Virus record (IMG/VR): IMGVR_UViG_3300013233_000151 | Location: 7,962-71,961 of that record | DNA length: 64,000 bases | Strand: one strand, 5' to 3' | DNA from: a virus | In this document: in pieces, positions 1-9,836 of the stretch | Layout of the letters: every line of letters starts with the position of its first letter | Numbering within the stretch: position 1 is the stretch's first letter | The notes under the pieces: generated by a model | The model's database searches: none | Seen by the model: the letters and a program-made list of their open reading frames with translations, nothing else | What the model was told of the DNA's origin: nothing | Program-made: the position numbers and the translations under genes

Positions 1-16
1 AGCTGAGGACCAACCA

Positions 17-3000
17 ATGAAGAAGCAAACCACCGGCTCGGGCATGGCGGGCGAGATCGCCACCTACGTCATGCGCGGCAACCGCACGCCCTACGATCTC
101 CGCCAGCATTTCCGCCTCACGCTCCCGGCGGCTCAGAAGATCATGGATCAGTCCAACTACGCCTTCGGCCCGGGCGGAAAGGGCTACGCCTGGTACATGA
201 AGCAGGTCGGCAACGTGCTCAAGGGCGGAAACGTGTTCGAGGCCACGAACGCACAGAGCATCGCCGCAGGTGCGTTGGGCGCGATGAATCGAGGCCGCGA
301 CGCGAGCGTTCAATTCATCAACGAGGGTGTGCCGGAGACGCACCAGCGCAAGATCGCAGTCGCCACGCTCAAGATGAGCGCGATGGGCGCGAAGATCGCG
401 GGCGGCATGGATCACGCCGGAGCCGTAGCGGTGCTCAAGGACGCGGGCTGGTCCCCCGCGAAGATCGCTGCCCAGCTCAAGAAGGCCGGACATGACGCGG
501 CTGACATCAAGAAGTGGATGCACGAGTCGCTGGATGAGGACGAGAAGGCCAACGCTCGGAAGATGAAGGCGAAGGGTTACCGCTTCATCATCGAGTTCCC
601 GAACAACAAGCCCGCGCCGCTGTACGCGAAGACGCTCTCGATGGCGACCGAGATCATCAAGGACCACGGTGCGCCGAAGGGCGTCAAGGGTCAGCCGATC
701 GACAAATTCCTCAACGAAGACTCTGAGGACGACGAGCTGGACGAGGCGCTCGGAGCGAAGGACAAGAAGGTGATCGCGGCGTTCACGGACAAGAAGCCGA
801 TGGACGGTCCGAAGCTCTCCACGGATGGCGAGACGCTCGACTTCAACGGCATGGGCGGTCGCGGTGTTGCGTCGTGGTCGAACGGCAAGATCTACATGGG
901 CGACACCGGCAGCACGCAAGACGATGCGGTGCACCGCGCGATTCGCAAGACCGCGCCGCGTAACTGGATCGGTGAGTCCACCGACGAAGCGAGCCCGTCC
1001 GTGCTCGGCGACAAGCTCAAGGCGATGTTCGACGCGGAGTATTCGCTCAACCACGGCAAGGGCAAGGACGCGGCTGCGTCGGTCAAGAAGGCTCTCGAAG
1101 CGAAGGTCAAGAAGCTCGCTTCCGAGCTGGGGAAGGTAGGCGGCTACAAGTATCTCGTGAGCCCCGCGCTGAACAACGCGCGCAAGGGCACGAGCTGGTC
1201 GAAGTTCGCGCGCAACATGGTCACGTCGAACCTCGACATGGGCGAGTCGCTCGATGAAGCCGTCCAGGTCACGGCTGCGTACGCGCTGGCGAACATGAAG
1301 CGCGGCGATCGCGTCGAGCTTTCGACGCCGCAGTCGGGCAACCAGACGCGCAAAGGCAAGGCCGTGATGCGCGGACCCCACGGATGGGCGGTCGATCTTG
1401 GAGGCAAGCATGGCACGCCCGGCGTTGCCACCGAACGCAACCTCATCAAGTGGAAGGCTCACCCGGTTGTGAGCGAGGCGAGGGGAGCGGGTAAAGGTGA
1501 GTTGGCAGGTAGGCGCATCGGCGTCGGCACCGTCAAGAAGTCAGCGAGTGGTGCGAAGGATAGGGCCTCTGCTAAGCGCATCGTCGAGGGCGTGCTTGGA
1601 ATTCAAGACCGTGCACACGCACGACAGCTTGGGATCGACGAGAGCGTCTTGGGTCGTGCGAACGGTCTGCCGACTGCGCTGCGCAAGTATTCGCACGCGC
1701 TCCCCAAAGGTCTTGGTAAGCCGCAGAAGTACGAGACGCGAGACGGCGTGAAGGAGGGCTACTACCTCACACTCACCGACAACAAGCGCGGGCTATCCAA
1801 TCGTCCCGGTTCGTCGAGCGGCAGCCTCACCGCCGTCTTCACGGTCGAGAACCTGCTCAGTCAGTTCAAGAAGGCGGAGGGTGAGCACGGTCAGCACGGT
1901 CACACGACGTTGACTTTCAAGAAGGGCGAGGGCAAGGCTCCGAAGATTGTTGAAGCCCGTCTCTCGGGCGGCAGCGGAGGCAGTTCCAAGAAGGCGTCAC
2001 GCAAGGATGATCCCGAAGCCGCAGGTTCGAGTAGGTTCGCTGCTCAGGGCGTCGGAAAGAAGGCCAAGCGTGAGAGCGACCACGGCGAGCACCACAGCAA
2101 CTACGAGTCTGTGGAAGAGGCCAAGGGAGACCCGGTGCGGCTCAAGGTCATAAGCGCCGTTCGTGTTTCGTCCGTGGTTCCCGGAGCGACGGCGGGGGTC
2201 ACGCTTCAAGATCAGACGGTTCTTTTTCGATCGACCGATTACGACGGGCGTGGTGGTGTGACGGGTCCGTTTGTCCTCGTGGACTCGACGGACGCGATGT
2301 TCGCGGTGCTGAACTTCGGATGGAACGTCGGTTTTGAGGAAGAGCGCGGTCTCAACAAGAAGGCCCACGCTGCGATGCGTAGGAATGCGGCGCGGGCGTT
2401 CAAGCAGTTCTTGAAACGGACCAACGAATCCAACGACGACAACACCGACGACCTCTCCGCCAAGAAGGAGTCGGGTCTCAAGGCCAAGGCGAAGGAGATG
2501 GGAGCCATCAAGGTCTCGGGCAAGGGTCCTAGCGTGAACGCCACCTTCAAGGACAAGGCCACGGCCGAGAAGTTCTATCGGCACGCCAAGACGGTCGGCA
2601 AGGCGTCGATGCGCCGCAGTGGCGACACCGAGTTCACGATCAGCATCGACGAGTCCGAGGACTGCCCGGAGATCGTGGACATCGGCGATGGTCGCTACTA
2701 CATCGAAGGCGTCGGCATGTGTGAGTCGCTCGATGAGGCGCAGGGTCATCTGCTGCTCGATGAGGACGTGCTCGACGAGATGAAGAAGTCCAAAGGACAC
2801 GTCGCATTCCTGGGTGACTTCGAGTACGTGATCGTGAACGGCGGCGAGGGCATGGTGCTGGGACGCGCCCCGACCTCCAATGCCTTCGACCAGACGGGTA
2901 ACCGTCACGCGCGTTTCGAGGCCCCGGCGTGGCAGGCCGAGCAAGCGATGAAGCTCGCGTTCAGTGGCTTTCGGCAGAAGGTCGATCCGAAGGCGATGCA

Positions 3001-6000
3001 GAGGCTCAAGCGATTGCTCAAAGAAGACGTGGACGAAGGCGCGGAGACGCTGCGCGTCAAGATCCTCGACATCTTCGACAATGGTGAAGATTTTCATCCG
3101 CGCTACACCGTCAACATCGAGACCAACAACCGCGACATATACACGTTTGGGATGTTCGAGCCCGGCACCGAGCCCGACTCACAACAGGGGAACGCGGTGG
3201 TGTCGAACTTCACCAACTTCCTCAAGGGTGGAGCGCGTCGCGGCGAGCACGCGATGAAGGTGTCGATGAAGCGTCTCCCGGCTTCGCTGCGCGGTCAGCT
3301 CGAAACGCTCATCGCCGACCCGAGCCCTTGGTGGGGAGATCTGGAGTACGACGAAGATCTCGACGAGATGGGGCAGATTTACAGGATCGGAGCTGGGGGC
3401 CTCAAGCCCATCGACACCACGATCTTTCTCGCTCCCAACTCGTCCTATTACCTCGGTGCGTCCACCACCCCACATCACATTGTCGTGACGGCGGTGTCGG
3501 ATTCGCAGATTACATATTGTCAGTATCCGTACACGACATCGCAGCGAATCGAGACGGAGATCGGCAAAGATCTGATTGCGCAAGGCACGAGCCGTTACAT
3601 GAAGACGTACGCTGCCTATCTTGACCCCAAGCAGAAGGCGACGTGGGTGGCGAATCTCAAAGGCAAGAAGGGTCCTTTGAACGGCAAGCAGCCCGTCAAG
3701 GGCTTCCAGCGGGTGCTCGTTACCTGCGTCGCCAACGCGAAGACGCGCGATCTATACGGTCAGACGAAGAGCTATGGCGTCCTGACCGACTACTGGCAGA
3801 GTGGTAAGCCCGGTGCGAAGGGCGACAACGCCAGTAAGGAAACGAGCGTCATCAAGGTCGCGCGCAATATGGTCCCGGCCATGAAGTCGAGCGGTGACTT
3901 CGATATCGTGACGGTCGGTCGCAAAGTTGTGGAGTCGGACGAGGATTACTGCGATTGGATCGACGAGAACGGTATCGACGAGTTCACGAGCGCCGCCATC
4001 CCGGCCATCGGCACCATGCACCCGTGGGTCAGTCCCTACGGGAGCGAGATGTCGCTGATCGGTGGAGCCGATGACCTGGAGGACGACGAGGACGCAGACA
4101 ACGAGTTCGCGCTCGACGAGAACGGAAACTTCGAGCTAGTAGATGAGGCCAAGTCCTCCAAGTTCTCGGTCAAGTGCCTGGAGTGCGGCAAGAAGTTCAA
4201 GACCGCCTCGATGAGCCCGACCTGTCCGAAGTGCAAGGGCTCCGACATCGAGCCCGACTACGACGCGCCCCGTCGTCGGAAGCGCAACGAGGACGTGGAA
4301 GACGAACTCGACGAATCCGTCAAGCCAACCGTCGAGGGCTTTCATTTTATCCTCACGGGTGCGCTGACTCAGTACGACGTGCAGCAGATGGCGCGTGCGG
4401 CGAAGAAGAGAGGCGGCTATCACAACGCGAATGCGTTAGGTCTGTACTTTCAAGCGTTAGAGCGGGCCGAGAAGGATCCGAAGATGCGCGGTGTCAAGAA
4501 GACATCTTCGGATCACGAGGATTTGCGTAAGCTCATCGCGGTGCTCTCAGATTACTTCGATCCGCATTTCCCTCCGATCAAGAAGACGATCAAGCAGATC
4601 CAAGCTTTCATCGACTCCGGAAAGCTTCCCAAGTACCCGACGCCTCCCAAGAAGCGCAAGATCTCGGATAGCATCGAGATCCCAGAGGTCGATGAGGCGT
4701 GGCCGGTGCGTGGTACGGGCGGCGCGGGTGGCGGCAAGCCTAACCTCAAGGCAGAACGCAAGGGGCCTCGCGGGCAGGGAACCGACGATTTTGAATTCGC
4801 GGACGAGGATCTCGACGAAGGCTCGTCGCTCCACGACGCGCTCATCGCACTGTTCGTCAGCAATCGAGGACGCGCCTACACGGCGAGCACCATCGCCAAG
4901 CTCCAAACGGTCAGCCTCGCGGAAGCGATGCGGACGCTCACGGTGCTGGTCCGAGAGGGCACGCTCCGGTTCAAGCGCGGCGAGGGCTATTCGCTACGCG
5001 GCAACCCTAACGCACTCAGGGTCGCGGGAGCTTCGGAGCCCAAGGCACCGCTGTCCTCTCGGCTCTACAATCAGCGTACGAACAGCTCGCCCGCGTCCAT
5101 GCGCGAGGACGTGGATGAGGCTGTCGATCCGCTCAAGGCGTTCAAGGGACGCCCTCGTGACTGGACAGCAAAGCAGAACCGCGACGCTGTGGAGATGCTT
5201 TCTGGGTGGTCTCTCAAGAAGCTGCGTAAGCACCAAGACCTGAACAAACGACAGATCGTCACAGCACATCGACAGGGGAATACCGAGGCGCTGGAGAATC
5301 TGCAAGCGATGGAGAACGTTTACATCGGTGCGATTATGCGGCGGGAGGTCGGAGAGTCCGTGGACGAGGATAGTTCTTCGAGCGGCACGCTCTACACGGG
5401 AACCGGGCGCACCGGACCCGCTGGGCCGAAGCTCCCTCGGCATCTTACGGCGTCCGACTTCTCGAAGGGTGACGCGGGCGGTAACGGCCCCGTGAACCAC
5501 GAGCAGCTTAGAGGCCCGGCCCCGGATGCCAAGCGCAGCGCGATGGTGTTTGCCGAGGACGACGAAGACGACGTGGACGAAGGGTTGGGTCGGAAGGTCT
5601 TTTACACAGCGGACGGTATCGGCAAAGCGAAGTACATCGTCAACTTTCACGACGGGAAGAAGTCGCATGGCGACGGCAGCCCGTTCTACGACATCGCCAT
5701 CTTTGCGAGCAAAGCCAAGCGTGCGACGAAGGTGAAGGAGCTGCTGAAACAGGGATACAAAGAGGTCAGTTCGGCGGTTCACGAGACCACTACGTCTGGT
5801 GGCGTCGGAGGCTTCTCCAGTGAGCCGATCGGCAGCTACCCGGAGAACTGTGGTCGCACCGGAGGCATCCGTGATGACAGCAAGAAGAAGAAGGGGCCTC
5901 GCTCCGTCTTCGACAACGGAGCGATCGGTCGCGTGCTCGAACAGATGCGCGAGTCCATGCCGGGTAAGACGGACGAGGAGCTTATGGAGCTTCTCGATCT

Positions 6001-7528
6001 GGACGAAGGCGGCGAGCGTTTCAAGAAGCTGGAGAAGGAGATCGCTGCCAAGGGCGACGTGCGAGATCCCGGCGCGGTCGCGGCGGCGATCGGACGCAAG
6101 AAGTACGGCAAGAAGAAGTTTCAGAAGATGGCCGCTAAGGGCCGCGCGGAATCGACGGACGAGACGGGCACGTTGGAGATGACCGTCTACGCGAAGTCGA
6201 AGCGTGGACCTTGGGTCACGCTGGATCCCTACGGCGAAGAGGTTGAGTACCCGAACAAGCAAGAAGCGGTCGCGGCTGCGCGGGAGAAGGCTTCGGTCGA
6301 GAACTACGGGTTCGTGTACCGCGACGGCAAGGTGGCGAAAGAGGATGTGGGTGAGGCGATCGACGAAGCCGCGAAGAAGCTCAAGGTCGGCAAGGCTCCG
6401 AAGCTCGTGCAGGACACGCTGCGCAGCCTCATGCACAAGGTCACGTACGAGAAGGGCCGCTTCCTGACTGGCGACATCGTGCGCATGGACAAGGCCAAGA
6501 AGGAGGCGGTGATCCAGTGGGCTGTCGGCATGAACGATCCGCAGATGATGGAGCCGGGGACTATCGACGGTCACATCGAGCGACTCGCCAAGCGTCTCGT
6601 CGAGTCGGTCGCGGACAACAAGCGTCCCGTCAGCCTCAACCCTGTCGAGCGCGCACTCCTGAGCGCCATTCGGATCGAGCGAGGAAAGCACGGCATCGAG
6701 GAGTTGATCGCAACCGACCGATTCCTACAGTCAGTCCCGTATGCGGACGTGTTGGTGGCGGCTGATAATCTCTCCACCCTCGGGCTCGTGGGTGGGAACG
6801 GACGTGGGATTATGACCACGTTCGGAGAGGGCGAAGACGGCGTGGACGAAGTGGAGTTTCGTACCCTTCGCTATCCCTACAAGGTCGAGACGGCCGTGGG
6901 GGCGCATGGTCAGCTCAACGGCGTGCGTTTCTACGAGGACGACGCGCAGGCCAAGGCCGACATGCAGAAGCTCGTAAAGCGTGAAGGTCTCGGCAAGGTC
7001 ACGCTCGTCAAGCGCATGACCGCAGCGGAAGCCAAAGCCGCACACGTCCCGTACCCGAACGAGTCCGAGGATCCTGGACCCGGTGTCCAGGATGAGCTGG
7101 TTGAGGCGGTCTTGAAGACCGGCAACCCGAGCGTGCCGAGGATCGGCTACGAGCAGGGGCGCTACTGGTATTCGACCGGCGGTGCTAAGAACGGACCCGC
7201 TGTCCCACCCTCGAAGCGCAAGGACCGTAGCTTCGCGCGCGAGAAGTTTCGCCACATGCTTAGTAACGAAGCTGGCGGCGGAATGGGCCAAGCGGCTGCC
7301 TCGAAGCTGATCGACAAGCTCGATGCGATGATTCCTGAGGACGCGGAGGAGACTGGCCCGCGCGAGCCCCTTCAGTTCCCCGAGTCCGCACTCGAACGCT
7401 ACGTCTTGGCCGCTCAGGCGGCTGGGATTGACGAGGACGACCCTTGTTTTGTCTTCGAGGACGGCATCTTCACGGTGGAGGTGCCCGCTGAAATGGCTCC
7501 GCGTCTGCGTGAGCTGGTCGGGGTGTAG
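17..7528 (+). CDS. Giant modular protein (2503 aa), putative prohead-protease-processed internal head polyprotein; may extend 5' of the window
   Basis: Long ORF with GC-rich codon bias; about 30 acidic linkers (ESLDE, ESTDEA, EDVDEG, EDLDEM, ESVDED) separating unrelated basic modules, including a Zn ribbon and a wHTH; the frame is open back to position 2. Confidence 0.75.
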   Translation: MKKQTTGSGMAGEIATYVMRGNRTPYDLRQHFRLTLPAAQKIMDQSNYAFGPGGKGYAWYMKQVGNVLKGGNVFEATNAQSIAAGALGAMNRGRDASVQFINEGVPETHQRKIAVATLKMSAMGAKIAGGMDHAGAVAVLKDAGWSPAKIAAQLKKAGHDAADIKKWMHESLDEDEKANARKMKAKGYRFIIEFPNNKPAPLYAKTLSMATEIIKDHGAPKGVKGQPIDKFLNEDSEDDELDEALGAKDKKVIAAFTDKKPMDGPKLSTDGETLDFNGMGGRGVASWSNGKIYMGDTGSTQDDAVHRAIRKTAPRNWIGESTDEASPSVLGDKLKAMFDAEYSLNHGKGKDAAASVKKALEAKVKKLASELGKVGGYKYLVSPALNNARKGTSWSKFARNMVTSNLDMGESLDEAVQVTAAYALANMKRGDRVELSTPQSGNQTRKGKAVMRGPHGWAVDLGGKHGTPGVATERNLIKWKAHPVVSEARGAGKGELAGRRIGVGTVKKSASGAKDRASAKRIVEGVLGIQDRAHARQLGIDESVLGRANGLPTALRKYSHALPKGLGKPQKYETRDGVKEGYYLTLTDNKRGLSNRPGSSSGSLTAVFTVENLLSQFKKAEGEHGQHGHTTLTFKKGEGKAPKIVEARLSGGSGGSSKKASRKDDPEAAGSSRFAAQGVGKKAKRESDHGEHHSNYESVEEAKGDPVRLKVISAVRVSSVVPGATAGVTLQDQTVLFRSTDYDGRGGVTGPFVLVDSTDAMFAVLNFGWNVGFEEERGLNKKAHAAMRRNAARAFKQFLKRTNESNDDNTDDLSAKKESGLKAKAKEMGAIKVSGKGPSVNATFKDKATAEKFYRHAKTVGKASMRRSGDTEFTISIDESEDCPEIVDIGDGRYYIEGVGMCESLDEAQGHLLLDEDVLDEMKKSKGHVAFLGDFEYVIVNGGEGMVLGRAPTSNAFDQTGNRHARFEAPAWQAEQAMKLAFSGFRQKVDPKAMQRLKRLLKEDVDEGAETLRVKILDIFDNGEDFHPRYTVNIETNNRDIYTFGMFEPGTEPDSQQGNAVVSNFTNFLKGGARRGEHAMKVSMKRLPASLRGQLETLIADPSPWWGDLEYDEDLDEMGQIYRIGAGGLKPIDTTIFLAPNSSYYLGASTTPHHIVVTAVSDSQITYCQYPYTTSQRIETEIGKDLIAQGTSRYMKTYAAYLDPKQKATWVANLKGKKGPLNGKQPVKGFQRVLVTCVANAKTRDLYGQTKSYGVLTDYWQSGKPGAKGDNASKETSVIKVARNMVPAMKSSGDFDIVTVGRKVVESDEDYCDWIDENGIDEFTSAAIPAIGTMHPWVSPYGSEMSLIGGADDLEDDEDADNEFALDENGNFELVDEAKSSKFSVKCLECGKKFKTASMSPTCPKCKGSDIEPDYDAPRRRKRNEDVEDELDESVKPTVEGFHFILTGALTQYDVQQMARAAKKRGGYHNANALGLYFQALERAEKDPKMRGVKKTSSDHEDLRKLIAVLSDYFDPHFPPIKKTIKQIQAFIDSGKLPKYPTPPKKRKISDSIEIPEVDEAWPVRGTGGAGGGKPNLKAERKGPRGQGTDDFEFADEDLDEGSSLHDALIALFVSNRGRAYTASTIAKLQTVSLAEAMRTLTVLVREGTLRFKRGEGYSLRGNPNALRVAGASEPKAPLSSRLYNQRTNSSPASMREDVDEAVDPLKAFKGRPRDWTAKQNRDAVEMLSGWSLKKLRKHQDLNKRQIVTAHRQGNTEALENLQAMENVYIGAIMRREVGESVDEDSSSSGTLYTGTGRTGPAGPKLPRHLTASDFSKGDAGGNGPVNHEQLRGPAPDAKRSAMVFAEDDEDDVDEGLGRKVFYTADGIGKAKYIVNFHDGKKSHGDGSPFYDIAIFASKAKRATKVKELLKQGYKEVSSAVHETTTSGGVGGFSSEPIGSYPENCGRTGGIRDDSKKKKGPRSVFDNGAIGRVLEQMRESMPGKTDEELMELLDLDEGGERFKKLEKEIAAKGDVRDPGAVAAAIGRKKYGKKKFQKMAAKGRAESTDETGTLEMTVYAKSKRGPWVTLDPYGEEVEYPNKQEAVAAAREKASVENYGFVYRDGKVAKEDVGEAIDEAAKKLKVGKAPKLVQDTLRSLMHKVTYEKGRFLTGDIVRMDKAKKEAVIQWAVGMNDPQMMEPGTIDGHIERLAKRLVESVADNKRPVSLNPVERALLSAIRIERGKHGIEELIATDRFLQSVPYADVLVAADNLSTLGLVGGNGRGIMTTFGEGEDGVDEVEFRTLRYPYKVETAVGAHGQLNGVRFYEDDAQAKADMQKLVKREGLGKVTLVKRMTAAEAKAAHVPYPNESEDPGPGVQDELVEAVLKTGNPSVPRIGYEQGRYWYSTGGAKNGPAVPPSKRKDRSFAREKFRHMLSNEAGGGMGQAAASKLIDKLDAMIPEDAEETGPREPLQFPESALERYVLAAQAAGIDEDDPCFVFEDGIFTVEVPAEMAPRLRELVGV
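7071..7093. repeat. CTGGAC-N5-GTCCAG palindrome copy 1 (ATCCTGGAC CCGGT GTCCAGGAT), inside a polyprotein linker
   Basis: Perfect 9-bp inverted repeat; same core at 17648, 34725, 58338, 63654. Confidence 0.85.
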
Positions 7529-7555
7529 ACAGACACCCTCACATTCTTCTACCAT
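7525..7555 (+). promoter_or_regulatory. Putative promoter G-TAGACA N18 TACCAT
   Basis: Matches a motif recurring upstream of 8 structural transcription units. Confidence 0.6.
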
Positions 7556-7601
7556 CACGACCCTGGACAGCACGTCCTAGACATACTCCTGGAGCCAAGC
7601 C

Positions 7602-9314
7602 ATGCCGATCGAACTGAAACCCAAGTCCTCTGTGCGCGAGGCCGCCCCTGAAGAGACTCAAGGGCTCATGCTGTTCAACGAGGACGGTGAGCTGACTCTC
7701 GCGGGAGAGACCATCGCGGACTTTCTGTCCACCGCCGACTTCTCGGCCATCACCGAGTCGGAAGCAGCCTTGCCATTCCTCTCCAACCCCGCCGCTTGCG
7801 CCGACGATCCCTACGCGATCGACGAAGCCAAGAAGAAGAAGTCCAAGAAGAAGTCCAAGAAGGACGACATGGACATGGCCTACGAGGACAGTGAGGAGGA
7901 GGAAGAGGGTTTCGACGAAGCCAAGAAGAAGAAAAAGAAGAAGGCCGGGAAGGACTCGGACGGCGACTACGACGAGAGCCCTCCGGGCGAGATGGGTGAG
8001 GGCGACGCCGCCGACGATGAGGAGATCGCGGAGGTCGCGCTGCCCGGCGTGGTCGCGGCACGTCTCGTCGATGCGACGGACCTGACCGAGATGTTCGGCT
8101 ACTATCTCGACCAACTGTCCTGGGTCGATGAGCCGAGCCTGCAAGAGCAGGCCACGCTGGCCGTGTTCGCGGACTACCGTGACGAAGATGGCGGCATCGC
8201 TGAGGACCGGCGTGAGGAAGTCGCTGCGCTTCTGACCTCTGTTCTCTCCGAGGGTGTCGTGTACGACGCCGCCGAGGAGATCTCCGAGAGGATCCTGACC
8301 AAGGGTCAGCGTCGCAAGGCGACGAGGATCCGCAACAAGCCCAAGTCGGGCAAGCGTCGTGCGGAACTCAGGCTCCGCCGTCGCGTCGAGGGTCGCGGCG
8401 CGAAGAAGCAGAAGATCGCGCGGCAGCACAAGATGCGTAACCGAAGGAAGGTAGCGCGCATCGCGCAGCTCGCGCGCGAGAGCGAAGAGGGCACGCTGGT
8501 CTTCGGTCTCGGTGAGGGCATCAACGGAGCGAACTTCAAGATCGGTCTCGTGGAGGATCCGAACCTGGAGTTCACATCCGAGCAGCTCATCGAGTTCGAT
8601 GCGTTGGGCGGCAACATCTTCGAGTGCCCGGACTGCTACCACACCGCGCCCTACTTCGCATTCATCGACGAGATGAAGAAGAAGTCCAAGAAGAAGAAGT
8701 CCAAGAAGGACGACATGGACATGGCCGACGAAGCCAAGAAGAAGAAAAAGAAGAAGGCCGGGAAGGACTCGGACGGCGACTACGACGAGAGCCCTTCGGG
8801 TGAGATGGGTGAGGGCGTCGAAGAGATGACGGCTGGCGGACCGCCCAAGGTCGGTATGATCGTCAAGTACGACGGCCCTCGCACGGTCAAGCGTCACGAG
8901 GGCGACGACGGCATCATCACGAAGATCTCGGGCAAGCGTATATCGGTGAAGTGGGATCGTGGCACGACCGTCCACACCGTCGATGATCTCTACCTGACAG
9001 GCGAGTACGACGAGTCGATCGGTGAGGGCGCGTGCCCGGAGTGCGGCTGCGTCATCGAGTCCATGCTCGACGAGAAGGGCAAGGTCCCGCCCGCCTTCCT
9101 CAAGCACATGAAGGGCAAGAAAAAGGACGACGACGAAGGCATGAAGAAGGACATGAAGAAGAAGAAGGACGAATCGGTCGCTCCGTCGCACGTCCCCGGT
9201 GCCTTCGCGGTCGCGGCCGGTCGTCCCAACCTTTCCGAAGGACACAGCCTCGCGGCGGCGACGCTCGGCGTCCTGGGCGGGCGGAAGTCGGTCCTGACCG
9301 AAGACGAGGACTGA
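7602..9314 (+). CDS. Prohead core/scaffold-like protein (T4 gp67/gp68-like character)
   Basis: Alternating very acidic and poly-Lys/Arg blocks, many x-x-E sites (IDEA, MGEG, LSEG, LDEK), internal duplication, GGAG RBS. Confidence 0.6.
   Translation: MPIELKPKSSVREAAPEETQGLMLFNEDGELTLAGETIADFLSTADFSAITESEAALPFLSNPAACADDPYAIDEAKKKKSKKKSKKDDMDMAYEDSEEEEEGFDEAKKKKKKKAGKDSDGDYDESPPGEMGEGDAADDEEIAEVALPGVVAARLVDATDLTEMFGYYLDQLSWVDEPSLQEQATLAVFADYRDEDGGIAEDRREEVAALLTSVLSEGVVYDAAEEISERILTKGQRRKATRIRNKPKSGKRRAELRLRRRVEGRGAKKQKIARQHKMRNRRKVARIAQLARESEEGTLVFGLGEGINGANFKIGLVEDPNLEFTSEQLIEFDALGGNIFECPDCYHTAPYFAFIDEMKKKSKKKKSKKDDMDMADEAKKKKKKKAGKDSDGDYDESPSGEMGEGVEEMTAGGPPKVGMIVKYDGPRTVKRHEGDDGIITKISGKRISVKWDRGTTVHTVDDLYLTGEYDESIGEGACPECGCVIESMLDEKGKVPPAFLKHMKGKKKDDDEGMKKDMKKKKDESVAPSHVPGAFAVAAGRPNLSEGHSLAAATLGVLGGRKSVLTEDED
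7913..8817 (+). repeat. 92-bp direct repeat (7913-8004 and 8726-8817, 2 mismatches) plus an adjacent duplicated KKKSKK..KKDDMDMA block
   Basis: Direct comparison; encodes DEAKKKKKKKAGKDSDGDYDESP.GEMGEG twice. Confidence 0.9.
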
Positions 9315-9363
9315 GCCCACAACGAGCAACGGCTGGGTAACCAGCCTTCTTTGCGCCATGCTC

Positions 9364-9393
9364 GGAGCCCTCGCTTTCGCCAGCGGGGGCTCC
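9364..9393 (+). terminator. Stem-loop after the core gene (possible terminator or RNA stabiliser)
   Basis: GGAGCCCTCGCT TTCGCC AGCGGGGGCTCC; no strong U-tract. Confidence 0.4.
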
Positions 9394-9407
9394 TCTCATA
9401 TACTGCG

Positions 9408-9836
9408 ATGACCATGAGCGGACCCCAACACGTACTGCCCCCGGCGAGCACGACCAAGGTGGACCTGCGATCGCAGGCCGCCGGGTTCTTCGCGCAACGT
9501 CGTCGAGGCGCGAACGTCCATGAGGCGGCTCCGCCCCCGAAGGCCCGCAAGGCCCCACAGGGCCTCTACGACGACCCTGAGCCGGTCATCATCGCTGAGG
9601 CTTCCCAGAAGGCCCCTGAGCCCACCCAGCTCCCCGAGGCGTCAGAGCAGCGATACACGCTCGCGCAGCTCGTGGAGAAGATTCAGCAGCGTAGGGGGGC
9701 GCGTCAGGCGATCGTGGCGTCGGGAGACCCGGACGGCCCGGACGACACAGGTTGGGATCCAGGAGACCTCAAGATGCCCAAGCGGGGCGCGACGCTCGCG
9801 GCTGGGGTCCTCGCTTACCAGCGGAGGCAGCGGTGA
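9408..9836 (+). CDS. Small putative prohead core/internal protein
   Basis: ORF after TATACT at 9399; VHEA, IAEA, LPEA sites; C-terminal GATLAAGVL resembles GHSLAAATL of the previous protein; start uncertain. Confidence 0.55.
   Translation: MTMSGPQHVLPPASTTKVDLRSQAAGFFAQRRRGANVHEAAPPPKARKAPQGLYDDPEPVIIAEASQKAPEPTQLPEASEQRYTLAQLVEKIQQRRGARQAIVASGDPDGPDDTGWDPGDLKMPKRGATLAAGVLAYQRRQR

Noticed and set aside
1997-9359. Long minus-strand ORFs (1997-3097, 4994-6691, 7539-9359) and similar ones elsewhere (e.g. 57116-58468)
   Set aside because: Antisense shadows of GC-rich + strand genes; no recognisable motifs
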